From: a virus
Lineage: Duplodnaviria; Caudoviricetes
DNA length: 64,000 bases
Virus record (IMG/VR): IMGVR_UViG_3300006752_000009
Reading direction: 5' to 3' (one strand)
This document shows positions 17,201-26,648 of the stretch, in pieces. The notes beneath the pieces are model-generated. The model was given only the letters and a program-made list of their open reading frames with translations, was not told the origin of the DNA and ran no database searches. A program made the position numbers and the translations under genes. Numbering within the stretch: the first letter of the stretch is position 1; each line of letters opens with the position of its first letter.

Positions 17201-19686
17201 AACTCACTTGTGATAGAGAGTTTACCTAGAGTAGTGTTAGCAATGTCATGATCTACAGATTCGGTAATGGCGACCATAACCTCATCGTCTTTATTGGATA
17301 GTTCTTGTGTTCTGAACTCGATTTTCAAAAGTCTGTCACCTAAACCTGCTGATCGAACAATGTCGTCAATAGGTTTGAGTATTACCCAACCCACTTTGCT
17401 TCCACCACCAGTTGAAGGGTCCCAAACATCAGCAGTATCACTTGTTTTGTAATAAGTAGCATTAGGTGTGTCTAAATCATCGTTTAAGAGGTCTACTACT
17501 TTGAACACACCGTTGTTTTGTTGGAAGTTATCTCTAGGGTCGCCATAGATGACAGCATATAGGCTAGAGTGATCCCCACTCGTGTCATACCCATTGTTTG
17601 TCACGAGGCTTTCGAGATTTCTTACAGCGAGAGGCAAATCAACTCCACTCGCACCCAATCTGACGGCAACGACCTGTTCTACGAAACTTGGGGGGAGGTT
17701 GCCTGTTTGTTGTTCAGAAACAACACTTGATTGGTTGATCGCTTGTGGTCGATACAGGTAGCGATAATTCTGATTTACAACATCACTGGGTGTACTTGCT
17801 AGGAATGTATCACTGTACTTTGTTTTTCCTAGAACGATGAAAGGCTTTTCAAAATTAGAAGCGAGGGTTGGGTAGTGTAGTTGACCATGATTTACACCTA
17901 CTTCTTCGATGGTGAATGGTGATCTTTTTGTTGATGGGTCTCTGGTTTCGCTTGGGGCGATAAATCGAACACCCTTTTCTTGGGGTGTATTCGCTTTGTC
18001 AATCTCATTGACTCCATAAGCTAAGTTTGAGGCTGTTGCGTCAAGAGTGAGCTTGACCCAAGACCCCGACTTCATTTTAAGACCATCATAGATGAAAGCA
18101 CTAGGTTCGAGGTCAGGCCCTATAGTCCATGATGCAAGGTTAGCTTGATTGAGATTTGTGGTTGTCACCCCAAAGTTATCTCTAGCACTTGGCAGGTTAA
18201 GGTACATGGTCAATCCCATTTGAGGAACAGAAGCATCTGACCATGCGTCTCTAAACCCATTTGGCCAGTCCATGTGGTGTGTCTGCATCGGGGTGCTTTG
18301 GTCTATTGTAGATACTTCTTCAACAGTCCCACCTGCTGTGGTGTTGTTTTGTTGGTTCTGCTTATAAGCTGTCTTTAGATTTCCGAACAGGAGATCAGAG
18401 AGAGAACTTTCAAGAAGAGACTGATAATCCCACTCACCGATAGTGGTAGCATGACGCATATCGAATAGATCATCAGCATGGATCTCATCGGCATATTTAC
18501 CATCTGGTCGGTTGTTAAAGAGAACAACATTCGTACCTGCCGAATGGTACTTAGCTTGTGTACCACCTTCACCTCTAGCAACAACAGTGAGAGCATTGTT
18601 TGCAAACCCACTTACTCTGATGATTTCTTTGTTAAGACCTTGACCAAGCACCAAGTATCTTTCAGATCCATAGAGTTGTGCATCGTCAAGACCCGAACCG
18701 TCACCGTTAGAGATTGCTACATTACCTTCTTTTAAAGCGTCTAAGGGGCTACTAAGAGTTGCTTGTAGGAGGGATGTAGCGTCTGTGCTTGTGTTTGATG
18801 ATGGCTTACGGTCTATTGCCCCATTCTGATTGGCATTACCTGTGTTTGTAGAAGCAACATAAGAGTTATCATTCCTACGAGTGATTGCACAGATAGGGAT
18901 ACCATAAACGATGTTCTCAGATAAGAAATCGCTCAGTGCTGTGTTAGGCACATTAGGGTCACAAGGTTGACCAAGAGGACATCCATCACTTGTCATGTGG
19001 GCGATCCAAAGACCTGCATCCCCATTAGCGTGTTGGTTATTGAATACACAGTTATTGTCGGGTGCATCTAGTGGTCCTTGACCTTTTACTAAAGTGCTAG
19101 ACATACCTTCAAGGTGATCGTAGATGTTTATCTCTTTAACGACTCTAAAGCGATACTGAACTTGAATACGCTTTGTGGTTTCAAATCCAACATTGGAGTC
19201 TACCATCTCATCGTCTAGTCCTGCACCGCTGAGGTTACCATTGGAATAAACGGTAGTGGTGGTAGGTTTAACTTTTTCTAGGGTAGCATCGGGAAGTGCG
19301 TTGTCGGCAGATATGATGGTTTTCCACACCTCAAGAAATACGAAATCTACTCGGTTATCTTGGGTAGGGGGAGGATCTAGTTTAATCATAGACTCTTCAA
19401 TGTCGAGAACGAGTCCGTTGACTAGGGCTTTAAGTGGCTTGACCTTTAAGAAGTTTGACCACAGGGGGTGAAACTCAAAGTCTCGATCAGCAGTTCTAGG
19501 GTTCATTAAGATACCACTATGTGCTGTTGCAGATACTGTCTTTGAGAGGTTATCTGTAGCGAGTTGACCCACGAGGTTAAGCTCACTATCGAGAGGTGGC
19601 TTTCCTGCTTGCCATACTACATTTGTGTATTGGCGATTGGTCGTATCTAGTGTCCTACTAACTGTACTCTTAAAATCGTCAGCCAT
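14287..19686 (-). CDS. Large virion structural protein (baseplate/tail-fibre hub type), paralogue of 26649..29930
   Basis: 1799 aa, Asn/Thr/Gly-rich; VVWQAGKPPLDSELNL, RIQVQYR, GIPICAITRR, RPDGKYAD shared with the 1093-aa protein; the N-terminus is DUF4815-like as recalled. Confidence 0.7.
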   Translation of the reverse strand: MADDFKSTVSRTLDTTNRQYTNVVWQAGKPPLDSELNLVGQLATDNLSKTVSATAHSGILMNPRTADRDFEFHPLWSNFLKVKPLKALVNGLVLDIEESMIKLDPPPTQDNRVDFVFLEVWKTIISADNALPDATLEKVKPTTTTVYSNGNLSGAGLDDEMVDSNVGFETTKRIQVQYRFRVVKEINIYDHLEGMSSTLVKGQGPLDAPDNNCVFNNQHANGDAGLWIAHMTSDGCPLGQPCDPNVPNTALSDFLSENIVYGIPICAITRRNDNSYVASTNTGNANQNGAIDRKPSSNTSTDATSLLQATLSSPLDALKEGNVAISNGDGSGLDDAQLYGSERYLVLGQGLNKEIIRVSGFANNALTVVARGEGGTQAKYHSAGTNVVLFNNRPDGKYADEIHADDLFDMRHATTIGEWDYQSLLESSLSDLLFGNLKTAYKQNQQNNTTAGGTVEEVSTIDQSTPMQTHHMDWPNGFRDAWSDASVPQMGLTMYLNLPSARDNFGVTTTNLNQANLASWTIGPDLEPSAFIYDGLKMKSGSWVKLTLDATASNLAYGVNEIDKANTPQEKGVRFIAPSETRDPSTKRSPFTIEEVGVNHGQLHYPTLASNFEKPFIVLGKTKYSDTFLASTPSDVVNQNYRYLYRPQAINQSSVVSEQQTGNLPPSFVEQVVAVRLGASGVDLPLAVRNLESLVTNNGYDTSGDHSSLYAVIYGDPRDNFQQNNGVFKVVDLLNDDLDTPNATYYKTSDTADVWDPSTGGGSKVGWVILKPIDDIVRSAGLGDRLLKIEFRTQELSNKDDEVMVAITESVDHDIANTTLGKLSITSEFQLGVSVLYPSATGGTANVADDIHKIGLIPDISTGEFLNNSKSVLHGNDFSNLPLVGNEIDLPTKNHVSLWNRLPSSNLPIGVAQPSQMGGRIINEEADREAEAFTDENSKTVVLRPFQNKTVIINKATANNLTANGVVTQTKTSLVPEHWNNTNIDVDLEADEMFLPTKNAAFVLPEAIMPRFGRQDIPLHTYTGTEDQFRNGLNHIFIDKPLSQSDQVFNIIGGLDNGGSPGTNNVLFVTGDPNTAWGQRQAINTINSKIGIGARRTTFTDVPSSDFGSTLNGIELPPYYGIVRVYGVYERDLFATHLTNQNQLAGHAVNRVDVANNVTNGNCPNLLRTDTSAFTMYIRQNGGKELVNGVDGQSNTDYLHAHTYMITEHAIDISRLEGLKDPNNPQQDIWSEGSVFTSFNYVVEAVVFMFADGFISHNRYVLPRKHNGSGSALLATDEQKAVVSTVIPFAPPIGSHITVSYKRTPYQGDPLGTLGQSDQTVPQGRKSLNKLRLGTKVQPVNLSNTNERNLEVLASIDFYTTLGTGKIGGVVYPTTITDVGHTPFPINRDPTALLADGFSYITLKTSTFTEESSLRGGWASLFLFEQAETVVRTIVDLKLYKNNSLVDTHTLSDNGDGRILETQVSYAMEWLQGLGYNCFQIRGEIRQNATINQTYLGVLIQAPNPTDTFELEVDWKDLRNGQDIQIFEGLRESPMSFEMWFQINPFRFNFEDRLNSRSMSRVHFSKRNAPKINAGNGNTPISLTGITSRLPIGSLVRDSDFVCEDILNNSSSYLFSSSGSYTTISNPVPVSPDGIPYTIALGVSGDTIQMNDGKIFNGSTPAADPKYTIARGGGAVFNAGGNVPGGPLSFLATSFNESLQPVLKGSALVGRALLVSNNYEEDRLSNPKSYGSELQLVVVTHAVDGGTSSITLGGDISPSGYGEGLASADRFRIKGKPLVKVYSQASNLSVVPAPYNSSN

Positions 19687-19707
19687 TTTTTGATTTCCTT
19701 TATGTTA

Positions 19708-20526
19708 TCAATACATCAGAGTGTATGAGAGGAGGATGAGATCAGCGTCTGTGTAGTTTACCCATGCTAGTCTGATCGTATCGACCTTACCATTGAATGA
19801 GAAAACATTTAGATTGTCGATCTCTTGGTATGTACTACCATCACTAGATATAAAACATCTAAGACGATTGGACGCATCATATTCGGTGTTTGTGTAAGCC
19901 ACTGAACCTTTTCGGTTTGCTGTATATGTAGAAGTCGTTCTCTCTGTGTCAGACAAAGAGCGATCTTTGGTGTAGCTCTTTAAGGCACTCCTAAAGTACA
20001 CAAAGAAATCGTTTCGACCTAGACCATCGGATGTACTACTAGCTATATCAATCTCTTTTGTGATGATACATCTATTTCCCGAAGCTGTAGAGTCGGAGGT
20101 AATTGTAGCCCCTTCTTTATGCCCCACATTTGGAAACCGACCTATCACAGAGGTTGTGTTTGGTAGCGTCCCACTCTTGTAAGAGTTGAGAAAGTTAAAC
20201 TCTGGATTAGCTGGACTCACAGGAAGGAAAAGATTATCGACTACAGAGATAGATTGGTTTGCTTCATCTTCAAAGTTGTTTGTGAAATCAGCCTCACTTA
20301 AAAGGTTGTTCGTGATGAAGTGATCAAACGCCACAAACCTAGATGTCATCATCTCGCTGATCTTGCTGATGACATCGGCTCTTGTAGGCTTTGTTGTATT
20401 CAGTTTTAGATCGAAATGGTCTGGAAAGTCCACTACATACCTACCAGAGATAGGTAATGTGTTTGGATATGTAGGGATGATTTCTACTAAGGTGTCTGTA
20501 GCATCTCTATGGAATATAGCAGGCAT
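19708..20526 (-). CDS. Putative virion structural protein
   Basis: 272 aa inside the tail operon; beta-rich. Confidence 0.6.
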   Translation of the reverse strand: MPAIFHRDATDTLVEIIPTYPNTLPISGRYVVDFPDHFDLKLNTTKPTRADVISKISEMMTSRFVAFDHFITNNLLSEADFTNNFEDEANQSISVVDNLFLPVSPANPEFNFLNSYKSGTLPNTTSVIGRFPNVGHKEGATITSDSTASGNRCIITKEIDIASSTSDGLGRNDFFVYFRSALKSYTKDRSLSDTERTTSTYTANRKGSVAYTNTEYDASNRLRCFISSDGSTYQEIDNLNVFSFNGKVDTIRLAWVNYTDADLILLSYTLMY

Positions 20527-20529
20527 ATT

Positions 20530-23500
20530 TTACCCCTTACCTTTTGAGGCTAAAGTTGATTGACTAGAGCCACCTGTACCTATTGTGTATGTAATCTGAT
20601 TTGTATATTCAGATTCTACCTTTTGATATGACACAACTGTATTTGTACTTGTCAAATAAGCCATATATAAAGACCTGTTCTCACCGAAAAGATCTGTAAG
20701 ACAGAAATCGGGTCTGTCTACTACTTCGTCATAATCGTAGTTAGAGCCATCTTGCCGGAGAACCTCAATTCCCATTAAGCCTCTCCTAGCCCATGTGGGA
20801 GCACGATCATCGGGTGGGGATGAGTGTCCACGATAGGACTTATTGGGTGCAGACCGTATATCATAAACGGTTTCATTTGTAGGTGTTCCATTAGCGATGT
20901 CAGCTACCCTTAAATCTGTTGAAGTTAGATCATTACGATCTACGAGTCTTGTAGCGTCAGATGGATGTACCTCATAACTAGGGAACTCTGGTGGACTAAG
21001 GACGACCTTCACAAGAATGGGGGCTTCTTTATCCCCTGCCCCCCACTTTTTGAACTTACTGTCTCCGTAATGGCGAGTTGAGTTTCCAACCCATATCACC
21101 TTTTCTTCTTGGATAAGAGTGTCTTTACAACCAAGCCAATTTTCGCTGTTAGTGTTACCTAAAAAGTCTTTTGTTCCTAGAGTGTTGAAGGCAGGTATAT
21201 ACCCAACATCAAGTTCGAGGTCGAGTGCGACAAGACCTTCTTCGACAAGGAAGGTTTCTTTGTAAGATATACAACAGCCTGCACCATCAATGCTTGCGTG
21301 TGTCTTATCCGATGTCGCACCCCCTTCGCTCATGCCACCAAATGTTCCTGTCGGATCACCTGCATATTGGACATAAGACTCTCCAACCTCTCCATCCATC
21401 ACACCGACATCAAGCCATGTAGTCAATCCTGGAACTTTTACAAAGATCCTCATCACTCGCTTACGCATGAGATACTTTTTAGAGTCTATCGTGTAAACAG
21501 TTCCATCTTTTCGAGCAGTGGGGTGTTGTGGGTCAACATAAGAAATCATATCCCAATCTATTCCCACAAGCCTTAGCTTGATTGGTGTCGGGGATACAGA
21601 TCCACCCTCACTGATGCGATGCCTTTTCCAAGCACCCGACTCTATTTGACCTTGAGGTTCTACATCAATAGCGTTTCGGTCAATGATTGTGCCATCGCTC
21701 GTCTGCTCCACCCAATCATTATTCCAATAAGGGAGATGAGGAGAACGCTCTTTGCTCTTACCGAAGTTGAGGTCAAATGCTCTTAGATAGCCCACATCTG
21801 GATAGGTGTTATCGACACCACTGTAGTTTGGCTGTGCATATCTTAATGGTGGGAACTCTGCTGTACCTCCATTGTTTGCATCATCATCTATCCAAGTCGG
21901 ACTGCCACCATGATGGTCAGAGTCGATTTGATTTACATTTTGAGGTATTGTCGCATTGGAGTTAGGTAAGAAGAATCCCACTTCTGAGTCCAATAGTGGG
22001 TTTGTAGTTCCGGCTCCAGAGTTAGATAGATTATATCCATGAGATGTGGTGGTATTGCCATTGAAGTCTTGATATGGGTAGATCAGAACTCCCCTTGGAG
22101 GTGTGCCATATTTAGCACCAGACAAATGATTTCTAGTCATGTTAGGGAAACCACTTACTTGTGCTTCATACCAATCGTTAGCACCACCTGGAGTGATTGT
22201 AATCCTTTTCATGTGGAGGCTGTTTCTTAGATACCCTGCATAACCATGAAAAGAGAACTCTGGAAATATGGTCTGCGTCCATGCTTTATTCACACTCACA
22301 CCATCGAGGTTGTGTAGTGATGTCCAATAAAGATAGGCATAGTTTGTCATGACGAGTTCATCTCGAACAGGGAATGAAATATACCCACCATTCGCTCCCG
22401 ATCCGAAGTTAGGGATGCCTGGTCCCATGAGATTTTCTTGGAGTTGATTATTCCCTCCTATTGGTGGGTCTACAGTAACATTGGTATGGTTTCCAAACTG
22501 ATAGGATGAGTCCACATCACCGTTTTTGAATAGGTTATTTAAGCTGTGTTCAATACGATAAGACTCATCAAGAAATCTTTCTTGCGTGTCTTTTCTAGGG
22601 GTAAATAAAGATACAAGAGCCATTCTTTCAAACTTACTATTACCATCGGGATAAAGATCCTCTATCGGTGATTGATTAGAAGTATTACCCATACCACTGA
22701 CTGTTATATACCCTCTCCTATCCATCGTGAAGTTTCCATATTCGGGTAGTTCTCTATTACCCGTTGGTTTCACTTCAAGAATAGAATGCCCGAAGCTCCT
22801 AAGTCCATTTTCATCTGTACTCCTTCTATCTTGAGGGTGAAATGATCTGCTAGGGGGTACGGCATTACCTGTAAGTACACCATTAGTCATGGATAATCTT
22901 ATGAAAAAGCTGTTTAGGTGAACTGTCGCCCCTTCTTCTGCTGTGAATGTTCCACCTCCTGTGATGTCGGGAGTTCCCCCATTAACTGTAAATGCACTAG
23001 GTAATGGCTCACCTCTGAAAGTATTTTCAGCAACCCCTGTGTCATTATCATAATGTCCAGAACCTAAATCTTTATATATTTCTCTTCTAGTGTAGATAGA
23101 TGGAGAGGCAGGAGTCTCCCCAAGTTGAGCATCTTGGATTTTCAACCCCAAGTCTGCTGTTGCATCAGCGTTCCCAAGTGTAAAGATCGAGCTTTTAGAT
23201 TCTGTTTTAGGATCAGCGTTTTGAATGAGCGGTCCACCTAAAGGGTTTACAACATAGTCATAAGGGATAGAAGGGTGGCACTCAATGTAATAACGCTCAT
23301 CAATAACGGCTGTGTATTTTGCATCCCAATGAGTGTTAGCCGATGTCCTAGTGTGGTTGTTTTCTACAGGACGATATACAGGTACATCCTGCTTGTATTT
23401 GAACTCGGTCTTTGTGTTGACATTACTATCAGTATTATCTACCCAATCCCAACCCGAACATAACTCAAGGGCATATCCATTAGCTTCATCTCCACCTATT

Positions 23501-26500
23501 GGTAAGAGTTCTAGTTCTACATAGACTTTATATCCTTCTTCATCATAGCGATAGATTGAGAAGGCTTGGCCAGATGTTTTAGGGTTATAAACTTGAGTTG
23601 CATTGTTTGTATTTTCCCAGTCTGCGAATAAGTGTATATCCACAAAGCTGTTGTCGCTATCTCGGTATTCTTGCCCTAAAAGGTCATTAGATTCGTAACT
23701 ACCTGGTCCTGCAAGTGCAGGGATTGCAGAGAAAGGGTCTACCTCAGATGGTGAATACACATCACCAATAGAGGCTACAGCATTTTCTCGATCTGCTTTT
23801 AATCCCGATGGGGTAAACCTTTCACCACATAGTTCTAACAAGGATACTTTACGAGCTGAATGGTAAAGCAACTTTTTAATCTCTGAAGAAGCATTTTCAT
23901 CTAGGTTGTCCATGATATGATGAACACCTAAGTTCTCAAACTGTCTATGAGGCTTATTGACTATAACTGAGGGTCTTAACCCATTAGTCGAGAAAGTACA
24001 TAAACCGTCTTTAGGGTCATACTTTGTGAGATCAGAGAATGGTTTAACAGCATCTCCTTTTGGTCTAACACTAATCTCTATAAGAGCTGTGTCAGTGGGA
24101 GCGAGGTCTCCAGAACTAGCCCATATCTGTTGATGTTTAGATTGTGTCGGATATACAGGGAGTCCTGTGTTATCTGAAGAATGGTAGTTCCACCTATCAT
24201 CAGATACTAAGTTGTTAGTAGCTGTGAGATCGCTCGATAGTAATTGGTATGTAGGTCGAACTGTTGTGAATGGTTTAACTGTAGTTGGGCTTGACCCATC
24301 CCATTCTGAAATGGAATCGTTGCCTTGAGAGTCTTTAGGTTCAATTTGTGCTGTATACTGAAACTTTGAGTAGTCCCTTCCCTCATTAGCGTAGTTAAAA
24401 GACCCCCCCATATTGCTTCTGTGTTCTTTGTAGGCGTACCAGCTTGATGGGTTCACATAGATAACACCCGAAGCCCACATAAAGTAAGTGTTGGATCTTT
24501 CTATTGTGTTGTAGTTGTTAAGAGGATAGACACCTATAGACCTTGCCTCAGAACGAAGAGTGATGTTCTTAGGGTAGGATTTGATCTTTTGCATGAAGTT
24601 GAGGTTCGGTCTAAACACAGACATAGCGTTTTCTTTGCTATAAGACGCTACTCCGTCATCTAGTCCATCACCACCACTATTGCCTAAATCTCTCCCGACA
24701 TTCTTGTTGAGGTTCGTGTAGTCGATAAGGTTCTTACTGTAGACATCTTCATCGCTAGGTGCGACACCATCTCTGATAAGGGCTTCAAAGGCTCTTTCTG
24801 TTTTGAAGTGGATCAAAGCTAGTGAACCAAAGTTGTATTCTGGTTCACTATCGTCTGCCGAAAGTCCAATGATTCCACCAGGTGGATTATTTGGATTTGC
24901 ATAATGGTAGTCTCTCGTAAGGGTAATGACCTGCCTATATCGAGCAACTTGGAAAGAGTAGTTATTTTCCTCACCAAAAGTAATATACCCACCAGCAGTT
25001 TCGAGGTTAGGGTCATACTGAGGTAGGTCTTGATCTGTATTAGGCTTACGCTTGATGAAGAAACGATCTCGTTCTACTTGAGGTGTATCTAAACCATTGG
25101 GGGAGTAGTCTTTTAAGACAGGCAGTCGATATGAGAGGAAGTTTCGGTTTTCTATCTTTACATACGCATAGTAGGTGTAAGGGGTATTCCCATTAGGAGC
25201 ATCAATGTCGATGGCACTTGTTGCCGCATTTATAGTTGCTGACAGAGTAGCCCCTGTATTGTCGATAACATACGCACCTAATCCTGCTATCGGGTTTGAG
25301 AAGGAGTAAAAGTCATCCCAATCAAGAGAGTTGAGATCGCTCTCCCTATAAATCTTTTCATAGGGAGAGAACAGAACAGGGATGCCACCTACTCTTGTTG
25401 TAGATCCATCGAAGGCATTAGCGTCCGTTAGTAATCTAACTTTCCCTATTCTGTGTTTATTCAGAACACCTGCTAACTCTGGAATAGCTCCAAGGTTCGA
25501 TCTTGTAGACTCAGATGTGTAGTTTCCTGTGTGTAACTCGTATAGATCGTATTGACCTGTTTTTCTTGAGGGGAATGTGTCTGTATATGAGGTGTTAAAA
25601 ATAACACTTCCAGGTAGACCATCTTCTGGACCTGCACCTTTACCTAGATTGATAGCAGATATGACTCTTGACTCTATATCTGCTACAGTTGTAGATGGTG
25701 ATCCTACGAAAGAGGAAGCTACATCATTCGGATTGCTAGGGAATCTGACGAGTGCGAGAACACCCCGATCAGCAGGGAATAACACACCCGAAATCACCAC
25801 ACCTACATCTCTAGGGGGAGGCTCTTCGACACCTGCATTACTTAGATCCTCAGTCTTATAGGGGCTATATGAGGTAGTCCTTAAAGGAGATCCCAAGTTG
25901 ATAGACGCTTGTCCATTCTTTACACCTAACGATGCAGTACCTGCTCCTGCATTTAACCCTAGTGTTGTATCTGTGGATGCGTTGAAGAAATCGTTTGATT
26001 CATCATTAACAAAAGGCTCTTGGTAGAGGTATGGGTATATCTCATAAGGGTTTAAGAGGCTGAATGATCTACGGGGTACTGATTGCATCGGTACAGGAAA
26101 GTTATTAAACCGATATGCCATCTCACTAAAGTTAGGGTTAATTCCAAAAACATTTAGTCCATGATCTGAGTCGTCATCTAAATCTCTATAGTTGATGTTT
26201 ACAGTATCATAAACTCCACCATCGTTAACCCACTTTGGGTTAAAGGATGGGTTCACAGCAGTTTTGAGTCCAACTCCATAGTGTGGCATCTCAAATTTTT
26301 CTGCCCACTTTTTACGCAAGGTTAACCAAGGTGGAGCATCTACAACTTTTGCTTGACCCCAATCTGGTCGTCCATCATGTGTGATTGAAACAGAACCGTT
26401 TGAGAAGATAACAGGTCCAAAACCAACTCGTGGGGGCTGACCCTCAAGTACATCTGATGTGAGGTCATCTAAGTTTAACTGAACATTATTCCCTAAGTAT

Positions 26501-26646
26501 TCGCTAGTATTGTTTGATGAGATTACTTCTGATGCGACCACGCTTGTGTCAAGACCCCCGATAAGGGAGGTGTCTGATCCCGAAGCATCTGTTCCTTGAC
26601 TTGAAACAATAGTGATTGGGTTTCTATCTATGGACTTCTTAGGCAT
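20530..26646 (-). CDS. Very large virion structural protein (tail/baseplate associated)
   Basis: 2038 aa; G/N/D/T/P-rich; fibre-like GNNVQLNLDDL near the N-terminus; operon context. Confidence 0.65.
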   Translation of the reverse strand: MPKKSIDRNPITIVSSQGTDASGSDTSLIGGLDTSVVASEVISSNNTSEYLGNNVQLNLDDLTSDVLEGQPPRVGFGPVIFSNGSVSITHDGRPDWGQAKVVDAPPWLTLRKKWAEKFEMPHYGVGLKTAVNPSFNPKWVNDGGVYDTVNINYRDLDDDSDHGLNVFGINPNFSEMAYRFNNFPVPMQSVPRRSFSLLNPYEIYPYLYQEPFVNDESNDFFNASTDTTLGLNAGAGTASLGVKNGQASINLGSPLRTTSYSPYKTEDLSNAGVEEPPPRDVGVVISGVLFPADRGVLALVRFPSNPNDVASSFVGSPSTTVADIESRVISAINLGKGAGPEDGLPGSVIFNTSYTDTFPSRKTGQYDLYELHTGNYTSESTRSNLGAIPELAGVLNKHRIGKVRLLTDANAFDGSTTRVGGIPVLFSPYEKIYRESDLNSLDWDDFYSFSNPIAGLGAYVIDNTGATLSATINAATSAIDIDAPNGNTPYTYYAYVKIENRNFLSYRLPVLKDYSPNGLDTPQVERDRFFIKRKPNTDQDLPQYDPNLETAGGYITFGEENNYSFQVARYRQVITLTRDYHYANPNNPPGGIIGLSADDSEPEYNFGSLALIHFKTERAFEALIRDGVAPSDEDVYSKNLIDYTNLNKNVGRDLGNSGGDGLDDGVASYSKENAMSVFRPNLNFMQKIKSYPKNITLRSEARSIGVYPLNNYNTIERSNTYFMWASGVIYVNPSSWYAYKEHRSNMGGSFNYANEGRDYSKFQYTAQIEPKDSQGNDSISEWDGSSPTTVKPFTTVRPTYQLLSSDLTATNNLVSDDRWNYHSSDNTGLPVYPTQSKHQQIWASSGDLAPTDTALIEISVRPKGDAVKPFSDLTKYDPKDGLCTFSTNGLRPSVIVNKPHRQFENLGVHHIMDNLDENASSEIKKLLYHSARKVSLLELCGERFTPSGLKADRENAVASIGDVYSPSEVDPFSAIPALAGPGSYESNDLLGQEYRDSDNSFVDIHLFADWENTNNATQVYNPKTSGQAFSIYRYDEEGYKVYVELELLPIGGDEANGYALELCSGWDWVDNTDSNVNTKTEFKYKQDVPVYRPVENNHTRTSANTHWDAKYTAVIDERYYIECHPSIPYDYVVNPLGGPLIQNADPKTESKSSIFTLGNADATADLGLKIQDAQLGETPASPSIYTRREIYKDLGSGHYDNDTGVAENTFRGEPLPSAFTVNGGTPDITGGGTFTAEEGATVHLNSFFIRLSMTNGVLTGNAVPPSRSFHPQDRRSTDENGLRSFGHSILEVKPTGNRELPEYGNFTMDRRGYITVSGMGNTSNQSPIEDLYPDGNSKFERMALVSLFTPRKDTQERFLDESYRIEHSLNNLFKNGDVDSSYQFGNHTNVTVDPPIGGNNQLQENLMGPGIPNFGSGANGGYISFPVRDELVMTNYAYLYWTSLHNLDGVSVNKAWTQTIFPEFSFHGYAGYLRNSLHMKRITITPGGANDWYEAQVSGFPNMTRNHLSGAKYGTPPRGVLIYPYQDFNGNTTTSHGYNLSNSGAGTTNPLLDSEVGFFLPNSNATIPQNVNQIDSDHHGGSPTWIDDDANNGGTAEFPPLRYAQPNYSGVDNTYPDVGYLRAFDLNFGKSKERSPHLPYWNNDWVEQTSDGTIIDRNAIDVEPQGQIESGAWKRHRISEGGSVSPTPIKLRLVGIDWDMISYVDPQHPTARKDGTVYTIDSKKYLMRKRVMRIFVKVPGLTTWLDVGVMDGEVGESYVQYAGDPTGTFGGMSEGGATSDKTHASIDGAGCCISYKETFLVEEGLVALDLELDVGYIPAFNTLGTKDFLGNTNSENWLGCKDTLIQEEKVIWVGNSTRHYGDSKFKKWGAGDKEAPILVKVVLSPPEFPSYEVHPSDATRLVDRNDLTSTDLRVADIANGTPTNETVYDIRSAPNKSYRGHSSPPDDRAPTWARRGLMGIEVLRQDGSNYDYDEVVDRPDFCLTDLFGENRSLYMAYLTSTNTVVSYQKVESEYTNQITYTIGTGGSSQSTLASKGKG

Positions 26647-26648
26647 TT